Assembly: GCA_905178155.1 (NCBI GenBank)
Contig: CAJINV010000008.1
Coordinates: forward strand, 310,001-374,000
Length of the DNA: 64,000 nucleotides
Origin: Amoebophrya sp. A120
Lineage: Eukaryota > Protista > Dinoflagellata
Direction of reading: 5' to 3'
The notes below the pieces were generated by a model that had not been told where the DNA came from, made no database searches, and saw only the letters and a list, made by a program, of their open reading frames with translations. Below are positions 1-11,100 of this stretch, in pieces. The translations under genes and the position numbers were made by a program. Each line of letters begins with the position of its first letter. Position 1 is the first letter of the stretch.

Positions 1-1395
1 CTCGGTACAAGCATCCACCCAGATTCGAACGAGAACTGGCACAACAACAGGGATCCCAGTTCTTCGTACTCATGGATGGCGGCTACCGTCTGCGGCGGTC
101 CGAACACATTTGCGTTGAGCTCGTCAAACGTTAACCGCCAGTCGCGGCTGCGATCCAGTATGAACTGCAAAAGTATCGTATTCCTATTCGTATAAATGCA
201 TATACAAATTTCCTCAGCATGAGAAATAAAATTTGTAATGCGAATTTGCCTTAATTTAATGCATGATTGCAATACGAGTACGATGATTTTGCACGGGATA
301 TCCAGTTTCGCTTGCCGAAAAATCTCGAGCAAAACCAGCTCCTGATGTGCCGGGTCGTGCTGGTCGCCTGGGCCTGTAGTGGCCGCAGCAGCGGAGGCTG
401 ATGATGTGCCTGGCGGTGCCCCATGCTTTTCGCTGCTCGGAAAGGCCGACGCACTACCGTGCATACGAGGACCTCGATCCGGTCTAATTTGTTCCGCGCC
501 GCCGTCCACTTCGAGAAATAACTCGTCGGCTGCAGGGCGTTTCAAACTTGCTCCACGCGGCGGCAAAAATACCTTTCCGTCCAGCTTGTCCCGCTCCCGC
601 GCTTGCCGTCGTCGGGCGTGGTCGGCCTGAAAACGTAACAAGCCCTGGTACACGCCGTGTCTGGCCCAGATGTCCTGTAGTAAGTGATATGGTTCATTGG
701 ATAAAGTTAATTTTGCGCCCCTGACCGGGTATCATCGCTGCCGTCGGAGCTCCTACAGGGCCGGTCGGTGATGCGATCATAGGTGGATTGATTTTCCCAA
801 CGGGTTGCGGTATGAGCGAGCTCGGTGGTGCGTGCGCAGGTGGCTTGGGTGCGTGCTGCTGCCGTCGTGCGAAGGACCGAGGCAATTGACTTGCATTTAC
901 ACTCGAATCGACCGGTCGGTTTTCCGGGTTGGCTGCCTGCAAAAGTGTCGCCGGGGCTGAGTACTGATGTTGACCTGCTCCGCCAGCGACGCTACTGGAC
1001 GATGTTCTTGTGGCCGCCGTCCCACTACGGGAGGACGAACCGCCAACAAGTTCCGAGGCTTGGTCTCTGGTCATGTAGTTGCTTAAGGGAACGACCCCGC
1101 CCGCTGGAGTTGTTGTAGTCGTGCCCATCCCGGTCGCCCCGGCGCGTTGACGGACTTGCTGCGCCGCTGCACCTCGCGAAGTTCCACCGGAGGTTGATGA
1201 GAAACTGTGCAGCGGAACAAACCCTGCCTGCAAATTCCTGGGCTGGTAAAGGGTTGGCTTCCCAAACGGCGGTGGCGGAGCTCCTGCACCGCCCGACATC
1301 TCGTTGCTGTTCAAGACAGACCCAAACTCGAGGTCTTTCAAGCTGTCGTAGTCTCGTCGCCGGCATATGAACGTGTAGAAGAGCTGACAAGCCAC
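1..1395 (-). CDS. Hypothetical multi-exon protein; runs off the left window edge, 5' end uncertain
   Basis: ORF 694-1395 is followed by an exon from the acceptor tacag|GAC at 674 (DIWARHGVYQGLLRFQ...AHQELVLLEIFRQAKL). That frame stays open to base 1 (DRSRDWRLTFDELNANVFG...) only after removing element 159-300 plus one TSD. Confidence 0.6.
159..300. mobile_element. Introner-like TIR element, family B (142 bp), non-canonical intron
   Basis: Ends tatgaactgcaaaagtatcgta ... tacgatgattttgcacgggata. TSD tccag at 154-158 and 301-305. Similar to 5089-5238. Excision restores ...AKLD|RSRDW. Confidence 0.85.
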
Positions 1396-3014
1396 CCGGA
1401 TTATACCGTACAGATTGGCGCAACCTGTTGATTGTACATACGCGCTGCAGAGTAATTTTTTGCTATTTCAAGTGAATGGGCACATCTTTTTCATCTCAAT
1501 CCGGCAACGTAGGGAAGCTTCAAGTAGGGCCAGAGGCGCCTCGTCGGGTTTGGGATGTTACAGTTACTACAGCGACCTCGGTAATCAACACAGAACTTGA
1601 AGAAAGCTAAGGCGCCAGCGTTCTTGTACATGAAAAAAGGAAATACATTCTCGCGTTCGTTTCAATGCCGCGGGGGAGCGGCGATGACTTCGGTTCGTGT
1701 AGTAGCTCCCAGCAGGCATTGCGATGAGGTCGTCTCGTTAGCTCGCGATCTCTTAACCCCTTGTTGCTCACTTGATCTCAAGCAGCATGCCGTAGCAGAG
1801 AGGAAGTTTCGCTGCGTTGCGGGTTCTAAGTGACTCCGAACTTGAATTTACGTAGCGAAATCTACAATCGGAAGTGTTCAGAAAAGTCAAAAATTCATTT
1901 AAAATATTCGCGTCGTAAAACTAAATGATGAAAGAGCTTCAAACGAAAGAATCGCGTTGAGGGAGGTCATGCAATGGGTGCATCATGAATACTTATGCGC
2001 GGGAAGACATGTAAGTGCTTAGGTTGACTGCTTGTCAGTGCATGGAGAAGTAGCCGGTAGTCGTTGCACAAGAAATTCGAATTCCAACTTGACCACTTTT
2101 TCTTGTTGTTATATTTGTCTTATCTTTGGCAAAGAGCAGGTATCATGAAACCCGACTCTAATGACCGATGGCTGGCGTTGCCGTGTGATGCTGTGGACGC
2201 AAACAGACTGTGACTGACAGACGGCGCAAAATAATTCCGGGGTTCTGACTGACAAGTACTCGTATTCTTTTTTCGTTCGTTCGCTCATCTGCACTCAAAA
2301 GTGATCAAAAGTTGTTTGCGACCTCGCCCTTCTGGCGTTACTCGAAAAAAAAAACCTCAGCTCTCTCTCTTTTTCAGTGTCAAATACATGTAGCTTCGTC
2401 GCAGGCCTTGGTATATGCTTCTACTAATTTTCCAAAGAAAAACAAATTTTTATCTTAATCCTGCAGGATGACACAGAGATGTTAAGGACTGAAAAACTAA
2501 AAGTACTTACAACGCCATAAACGAAGGGCCATACCGGTGTTGCCCCTTTTTCGCATAGACAACTTATCATCTGTCGCATAAAATTCGTGTTCCTGGGCGT
2601 AGCGCTGCGAGAACAACTACAGCTTCAGCTTCTTGTTTTGCTGCTGCATAGAAGTAGGTACACAAACCATTCGAACAACAAACCAATCTATATCTATTTG
2701 GTGACAGAATTATACCTGGCTCGCTGACACGTGCGACGTTGGTGCGTTCGCAGGCACGTCTCCGGCTCTGCCCCGCAGGGCATCAAAGCCAAGAAAACCA
2801 TCATCATTCGGCGAGGCGTCGACAATCGGATCCCCCGCACTGCTTGCAGAAAAGCTTTCGATCGTATCGTGCTGCGTTCGTTTCTTGTGATTCATCATAT
2901 TTTATTCGTTTTTGAACATCACAATGTTGACCAAGTCGTGAGTAAACCGCTCGCAGTTTCTTCGACGTTCTCAGACCCGTTCTGTGAGTTCGTGAGTCGG
3001 CACTGCACGTCCGT

Positions 3015-3276
3015 TATCAAATGTAAAAATGTCTGGGTCTGGAAGATTACCAGGTTTGTCATGCACATTTTGCATGACTCCTGATGTCTGTGATGCATGC
3101 CCTAGCATCACAGATTTTGTGAGGGCTTCCTGATGCCTATACCGCATGACAAATGCTCTTTCCGTGTAGCAAAACTTGGACTCTCTTTGCTGCTCATGCG
3201 ATACAGATTTTTTTAGAATCGAAAATCAGCATGACAAGTTGCATTCTTCCAGACCCAGACATTTTTACATTTGATA
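3015..3276. mobile_element. Introner-like TIR element, family A (262 bp)
   Basis: Perfect 32-bp TIR tatcaaatgtaaaaatgtctgggtctggaaga. TSD tccgt at 3010-3014 and 3277-3281. Close copy of 34694-34961. Host ORF not established. Confidence 0.92.
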
Positions 3277-3959
3277 TCCGTCCTCTGGTTGCAACAGTGC
3301 CTCTTCTTCGTCACGGTGTACGGCCGTACCCTGACAAAAAACGAACCTCCAAAAAACCACACAACACGTCCAGAAACCGTGATGAAAATTCTTCTGCTGG
3401 TGCACCGGACTTCCAACCTTCGCCGCCAACATCAGACGAAAGACGCCTGCCACAATACATAGTGCCACGTCACGTTTTCGTTATTGGACATATCCAAATT
3501 GTATGTGTCGCGCTGCAGGAATCAAGCGAAAAAAAAAAAATATTCATATTGCTCGTTTTGATATTGTATATTTCAATGAGCCGTCAGCAGTACTCCTCCT
3601 TGTCCTTTGAACTAGTAGTATAGAGTATCTATGAAACTGCAGAGGAAACAAGATTAGAAGACCACGACTTTACACCAACTATGATGATACTGCAATTGCG
3701 CACCAGAGCCAGAACAATATCATATTCATTACATCACGCAAATGATCATCAAGCGTCTCCGAGAGCATCCGTTCGAGGATGTGGAAACAAGCCGCGCGTT
3801 GGCAAGAGGATAATTCGTGCACATTGGCAAACCCTTTGTAGTTTTTTCTCTTCGGTAAGGGCTTACTATATTCAAATTTATGAAATGCGTTCTGCACCAG
3901 AGGATGAAAGAGAACCACTGTCAGTCTGGGCTCCAGAAGTTGGAGAAAGAGAAACAAAG

Positions 3960-6653
3960 TCACCGGCTTCGTACTTGTTCGCGATACGCTTGCAAGCAAC
4001 CAAGCAAAACGCTCGCACAACACAGGGCAAATGCCACTTGTGCGGGTCTCTGAAAGCACTGCTCCACCGGATGACAGAATTCCGCCGAGGGGTCTTGCTC
4101 CGCGTGCGCTTCGTCATACGCGTGTCCGGTTAGTCGAGCCATAAACTTCACCGCAACGGACATGAAGAAAACCGGGAAGGCAAAGCCAAAGACCATGTTC
4201 TCCTTCCCGAAGTTGCTCACCATAAATGCTGGAAGCGTCGCCCAGTTGGCACCGTAGCAAAGGCCCACGAGCAAAAGCCAAAAAGAAGACGGGGCCGAGG
4301 ACGACGCTGTCGCTGTCGGCGAGGCCGTCATCAGCCCGAAGACGCAAGCCGCCGCCATACCGGCCCCGGCCAACAGCATGAGTCTCGCAATTCTGCCCGG
4401 ATCTTTTAAGTCATTTCCGCCCACCGGTGCTGCGGAGTTCGTTGGGCCCCTGCGCTCTGCAGCAGGCGGACCACTACCTCCAGAAACAAGAACTACCGGC
4501 CGCAGGATGAAGTAATCGATGCAGAAGCCCGCGAACAAACGGCCGCCGGCGTTGCAGAAGCTCACGTGGGTGACCACCGCATCGCGAACGCTAGGAGCGT
4601 AACCGTACGCTCCCGTGATCAGCTTCAGATTCGCCATAAACAGGCCACTCCCAACGCACTGCGTCAGAATGAACTGGATCACGACGAAGTGAAACTTGGG
4701 CTCGCGATACAAGATGTCGCGCCATGTGAGAACCCCAGAAGGTGTGGCGGAGCTTGCAATCGATGCACTGGCACCAATTATCCCGGCAGATGGTACAATT
4801 CCAGTGCGATCGGCGATTCTTACCTGTGGTGCATCATGTTCATGATCATGAAGATCTTCAGCAGGAGGACCCCAATTGTAATCTTCATCATCGACCACTT
4901 CGTCCTCATGAAGAATGTAATCATTCGGATTTCTGGTTGCGCCCAGCATTTTCACGTGATTCCGTGCACCAAAAATGGTGGCAGTTGCTGGCTGCAGGAC
5001 GTTACTCGTCTTTTTACGTGCAGCACTAGATGACGAATGATCATATTTGTGTGCAAAAACCTGTGCGGAATTCGCGTTGCGATGCTCGTATGAACTGCAA
5101 AAGTATCGCACTAGTATAAATTGCATTACAAATTAGCCCAGCATTACAAATTTAATTTGTAATGCTGATTTACCTTGAGAACGAGATTTGTAATGCATAA
5201 ATGCAATTACTACGAGTGCGATACTTTTGCACAGGATAGCTCGCTCAGCTGCAGCTGCTCCCGTTCCTCCTCCAGCTGCGTTCGCGCGCGAGCAGCTGCT
5301 ATCCAAATAGAAAACGTTGTTAGTGTAAATTTGTAGTGCGCAACACGCAAGATGATTGCGTCTGTCATGCTTGCCATGCGTCATAGGGTCCATTAAAGGG
5401 TGTTTTCCCATACTATCTGCGCATGACAGGTTTTTGCTGTAATGCCAGACAAATTTGTAATGCTATTCCTCCAAAAAAGTTACACCTACAATGTTTTTTT
5501 CTTGGATAGCTGCTGGAAAGGTCGCAGTAGAAGAAGAAGCAGTAGTGATTACAGCTGCCCTAGTGTGGTCGTCCTCCTCCTCTTCGGTGTTTGTAGTTAC
5601 TACTGTGCTTATTGGAACGACTTGCAGAAAGACCGCACCCATGATAGCCGTGAAAGCCCAGATTACTCCCGTCCAGTAAATGAACGAGTGCACGCTGTTG
5701 TGCAAGATGTGTGTGTAGACGGAGTTCCATACCGCCGCGGAGAGACCGTAGCCAGCGGCGAGCACGCCAGTAGTGCGGCCGACACGCTTAGTTAGGAGGA
5801 CGCCCGTGTAAAGTCCGTTCTGGTAAAGTGTCACGGACCCGTGCTGTATCAAAAAGTAGAAAAACGCCATTAGGGTACTGGAGACAGATGGCTGTCGTAA
5901 AGGTTCTTTTCTCGCCTGCTGGAGCAAGAAGTTGTTTCTTGCGAAAGTTTGCGTGTCGCTGCCAAGCGCATCGTCCGCAACGAGTCCTCGCGTAAGCGTC
6001 GTCCCCGCGGCAGGGACTGGCGGCAAATGCATGTAAAAGAAAATGCTGCCAAATCCAACACAACAGAAACTGTAAACGCTCGAATAAAAGACGCCGAACT
6101 GGTGAAAGATTGCCCCAGAGAGGAACCCAACCTTCATCCGCGGGAAAATTTTCCTTCCTCGTTGAGGCTGCCATAGTACGCAGGTCGCAGAAAGAAACGC
6201 AATCTACTTGCGGCGTCGCGGTACTGGCAAGACGAAAAGCTGCAAAAAGTCACGTAGAAAACTACGAGTAGACAAGTCGACCGATCGATCCTGCATGCCT
6301 CGTGGCCAGCCACCTGATAAGTACGAGCATCGGCGTCAAGGTAGAAAATTTTCACAATGAATATGCCCCACGCCAATTTGTCCGGCAGAATACAATACGT
6401 CGACGTCTGCCGCTTTCCAGTGCAGCAGTGTCATCAGGTCCGTCTCGAGGCCTGCAAACATGTAAAGCGTGCCGCCACAAATAGCATTCCACAGACACAA
6501 ACCAAAGACCGACAGAGCCGCGATTTTATTCTTCTCGTCATGATATCCAAGCGCCGGCGCTGATGTTGCCGAAGACGAAGATGCTCCACCACTGTTGGCG
6601 GAGGTCGCGAGGACGCCTGTGCTGGCATGCAGCCAACGACTATCATACAGCAT
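3960..6653 (-). CDS. Major facilitator superfamily transporter (nodulin-like/Mch1-type), 4 exons
   Basis: Hydrophobic helices with motifs GGTLYMF, GQIG|VGFLSG, AAGYGLSAAVW, CNAGGRLFAGF, GLCYGANWATLP and GHAYD. Joined via a GT-AG intron (6132-6371) and two TIR introns (5300-5508, 5089-5238), giving continuous ...TFPAAARARTQLEEEREQLQLSEHRNANS... Confidence 0.8.
5089..5238. mobile_element. Introner-like TIR element, family B (150 bp), non-canonical intron of the MFS gene
   Basis: tatgaactgcaaaagtatcgcact ... agtgcgatacttttgcacaggata. TSD gctcg at 5084-5088 and 5239-5243. Excision with one TSD restores frame. Confidence 0.9.
5300..5508. mobile_element. Introner-like TIR element, family C (209 bp), non-canonical intron of the MFS gene
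   Basis: tatccaaatagaaaacgttgt ... acaatgttttttttcttggata. TSD gctgc at 5295-5299 and 5509-5513. Excision gives FPAA|ARART in frame. Confidence 0.88.
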
Positions 6654-8105
6654 GACCGGCGTCAATTTTTTGAGTCATACATACACACGTTGGTTAACAA
6701 CTCCTGTCTAATCCTTAAATCCATCAAGAAATGCCTTACAAACATCATCACCCTGCTGGAATGGAAATTCTTCTCCAAAGGCACTAACATGCTTCAACAA
6801 CTCAAGGTCATCAACAGAATTGATTGAAACTGAAAGTGAAAGACGACGTGTATTGCGATTCAAGCAACCGTGGCTCTTTCTCACGAGAAACGATGTTGAT
6901 CATGCTCGCATATCTACATATTCATATCGTTGTGCCTGCCTCGCACTAGCACCAAGCACCACAGCAGGAATCTGTAAAAATACACTATCTAAATACTTAA
7001 CAATTGCGAGATTGAAGAGAACGAAGCGCAAACACAACCGATTCCTAGGCATTGAACAGGCCGACCTAAGCCCCTGTAATTGGATATCTACTTCTAGATT
7101 GAAGTTGAACATAAAGAAACGCGTTTTACCATCTGACAAGAACTATTACAACTTAATTTTTAGTTTTAAATTCAACCCTTTGCTCGCATCTAATGGAAAT
7201 GGTGCGCGCCCTGCGCGATTAACTCAATGTCAATCATAATTTGATTCCTCAACATGAGTAGCAGCCGCATGGCAGGCGCCCAAGAGCGGCGGTCATCGCG
7301 AAAACCTGTTCGACCGAAGTGTGTGAAGAAAGTGAGATTCCGATTGTTTGATGTTGATGTCTCCGCTTTTTTGGTTCTGTATAATGTTTGAATTCATGTG
7401 ATCTGCTTCTGCTTCTGTGACGAATGATCGCACGCCGGTGTCGTCCGGGTCCGGGACACAAAAAAGAAACGAACAACATCTTCCGGAAAACCGGACTTGG
7501 CAGTCAATGTAACGCTAAGCGATCGGCGCCCCAACGTTCGCTTTGTTCTTGGATGGATTTACACAAGCTTTTCGGTACAACATATACTTACGTCTTATCA
7601 CAACAATCTCGTCCTGTAGTCTTAGAGAGTCATCACCTCGTATTCAAACTTTTGCGCTAGCGAGCATCGAATGTCATTGTACTAACGTATGTTCTTTCAC
7701 CCTTCGGCTTCAGTCTCCGACACGGGAGCGGCCTCTTACTCTTACGCACGAAGTCCTACTTGCGTGTGGTGTGGGTCAGAGATTGGACAACCACAGACCA
7801 CTTTCGGACGTCCTGGTGCTCTACTGTAGTGCGAGTATTCATTCACAACTTTTTCATTTGTTCGGAACCGCAGTCCTGTTTGTCCACGTAGCGCGGCCGC
7901 ATTTACTCGTCTTCATGCCTCCTGCGAGACAAATGTGCGAAGTTTCTGTGTTCTCTAAAAGGTTCTTGAGGCACTACAAGCTGATCAAATGGCAGTTGCT
8001 TGGAGCACGAGGCTGTCGGAACTTTCTTGATATCGGGAGTAGAAAGGCTTCAGCCAAGAACAGTCGCACACTTCTTGCGCGGCAGCGGCTCCTCGATATC
8101 ATGAT

Positions 8106-11100
8106 CTATGACTCCTGCAAGTCTCGGCTGCCGGTGTCATGCTCCTGGTCGCGACAGCTGTGAAAGCTGGAAGATCGAGGGTTAGCGGATTTACCCGGTG
8201 CAACAGCGTTCGAGGATGAAGACCGCGCGTTCTTGACGGCGTCCGTCGCGTCGCCGGAGGTGGAATTCGTCCCACTGGATCGCGGTTTGTTTTTGCGATT
8301 CCCAGGATGTGTGCTGCCCTCGGCCAGGGACGGAAACTCGGCATCATCCAGATTCTCGTTCTTGTCCGGCCGATTTGGCTTGGCGCTCCAGCCCTTCACG
8401 CTCTTTCGCTGCTCGCCGCCTGTTGACGCACCGCTTATGGTCGTGCCCTTTCCAGTCGTACCAATGCTGGTCATTGGTGTCACTGTGAGTGTGATGAAGA
8501 TTATTCATGTTGCATGACAATGTCCATAGATATCCAGTGAGTTTAAGATACATATCTTAATCTTTTCCAAGCTTAATCTTAATACCCTTCGGAAGGCGAA
8601 GGGTATAAGGTAAAAAAATAATCATAATATCTTAATATGCTTGTCAGAAGTACCTGCAAGCTCGGAGAGATTGGAGTGTCCGCGGTCGCGACCCTCGAAG
8701 GCTATCCCAGTGTCTACCCGGGGATACGGCGAAAATTCACCCTCGTCCGCTCGTCTCAAACTTGTCGAAGATGATATTTGCGCTTTCAGGAAATCACCCA
8801 CCGACGCGTCCGCAGCCTCTTGCTGCTTCGTGGAGGACCACGTAGAAGCGGCGGCTTTTGCCTTCTTGTTCCCTGCCTTGTTTGATGAAACACTGCTGGA
8901 TGCGGCTTTATTGTCTAGCTGTTCGGTCGAGCTTGACGCGGCACTCCGACTGTCAGCTGAGTAAAGAGCCTTAGAAGTACTCTCTGGGGGTTGCTGGTCT
9001 AGTGCTTCGCTGCTTTTCGAGTTCTTGGCTTTCTTCTTGTTCTTTTTGTTGTTTGGGTTGCTGTCCTTATCCTGCTTCTCCTTCCCTTTGCCTTTTGCTT
9101 TATTTGGTGCGGCGCTGGTCGCAGCTGCACTGCTAGTATCCTTATCCTTACCACTGTTTGCTGCACCCTTTCCGGACGTTGAGCTGGCACTGCTACTCTT
9201 TATTCCACCGGACGAAGTAGCCGCGTCTTTATTTATTGGCTTACTCGGGCTTCTTCGTACTGCAGTTCCTGGCTCCATCCTCTGCTGCAGTTGATGATGC
9301 TGCATGTGCTGCGCGCGGAGACTGTCATTGTATGTGTTGTTTTTGCCGCCCGTGGTCGTGCCACCAATTGTTCCAGAGGTAGTACTGGCAGGCGAGCTCG
9401 CGACCGTTTGCTGCTTGTCGTTGCTTTTCCGTTCAGAAAACGGCATCTGCTGGGCCGCGTGACTGGCACTTGGTGGACTTGAAACCGCTACAGTTCCTGT
9501 TGTCGATCCACCGCCTCCACCAGCCATGGGTGTGCCCGGTGGATCCTTGTTGTTCCAGGCAGGAAGTCGCTCGTGTTCGTGGTCCTCTTGCCACTGCTTA
9601 TCGCGCACATGGCTCCAGCAATCGTCATCCTGTCCAGGGGACCACACGCTGGCCCCCGATTTTCCGCCTTGCTGCTTCTGGTGTGAATGAGAATGCTGCT
9701 GCTGGTGATCGCGCTCTCCTCCTTTGTACGCCTGCTGATTGCCAGAGCGGTGCGACGTCGAGTTACTAGGGTTACTAGTACTGTGCTGTGGCTGTTGACT
9801 ATTGTTGGGCAACATGTTGTAGTTGTCGCCTTTGCTATTGTTGCCGCCGGAGGCAAAAGACCCAAGGTGCTGGCGCTGCTCGTGTTGATGCGGCGCGTTG
9901 CTGCCGCCACCTTTACCGCTACTAGTGCTGTGTGGCCCTTGGCTGTACGGACTGGAACTGTAGTTGCTCATCTGGAAGTTATTTGGGTTCATCTGCGAGC
10001 TATGCGCTTGGCCGCCCTTCTGGTTTTGGTTCTTGTTGAACATGTTGCCCATCGGCTGCTCTGAGGAGTGGTAAGAACTGCTGCCTCCGATCGTCTGCTT
10101 GGACGATGAGTGCGAGCTGAACGGACCTCCACTTTTGCCGCTTCTGGGCGTATGGCTCATATTGCTGTAATTATTGTTCCCACTGTTCTGCCTCTGCAAG
10201 TCACCAAAATGTTGCTGTCCGTGATAATGATGCTGATGCTGCTGCTGCTGACCACCCTTGCTCATGCTCACTGAGTTCTCAGAGGAAGTCACTGGGTTAC
10301 TGTATTCCTGCCCGGGGCCTCCATAGCTTTGCGAATATTGTGAATGTGAAGCTCCTCCCTTGTTGTGCTGAGGTCCCTGCTGCTGCTGGAGATGATTACT
10401 ATAGTCGCCACCATTATAGTTGCTGCGCGTATCGGCGTGCGACGAGCTCATCCCGCTTTGTGGCTGCGATAATGAATGGTAACTGTTCTGGTGCTGTGGC
10501 GGAAGATGTCTATTATTTTTTCCCGGTCCACCAGGCCCCCCCTTGTGAGCAGGTCCTGAGGAACTGACACTGGAGCCACCTTTCATCGCCCCCGCTTGTT
10601 GGTTGTGATACTTGTCGCTTGGCTGACTGGAAGCGCTGGACCCCGGCTGCTGTTGATACGTCATGCTGCGCGGTGTCCAAGGCGCGGTCTGATGAGAAGA
10701 TCCCCGGCTCGTCGGGTTGTTGTATTCACCTCCGGCACTCCCCCGCGAGTTTTGCCGCTCGTAGGGGCCCACGCCCTGGTTGTAGTTGCTGTTGGACGAA
10801 GACGCGCCCATGTACGACTCCTCGCCGCGGAAGGCACCTGCTTCCCCATAATGATCGTTGTGGTGCCCCCCGCCTCCCAAATTTGCCTTCGTCGTCGCGG
10901 CGGAGCTCCCAAACAAGTGCTCGTCTAGATAGAAGGTTTTCTTTCGTTGGTTATCCATCTTGGCCCACTCCAGCGGATCCAGGCCTGCTGGCACGGGTAA
11001 ACCCTCCTTCATCGGCCTCGGCGCGTGGGACATTGGGTGGTTGTTGCCGGAAGAGCTTGTTCCCGATGAATGGGGCTGTTGTTGCTGAGCTGCCGGATTT

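Noticed and set aside
675-720. Possible 46-nt GG-AG non-canonical intron
   Set aside because: An in-phase canonical GT donor (cct|gtagga near 756) explains the junction equally well; unresolved without cDNA.
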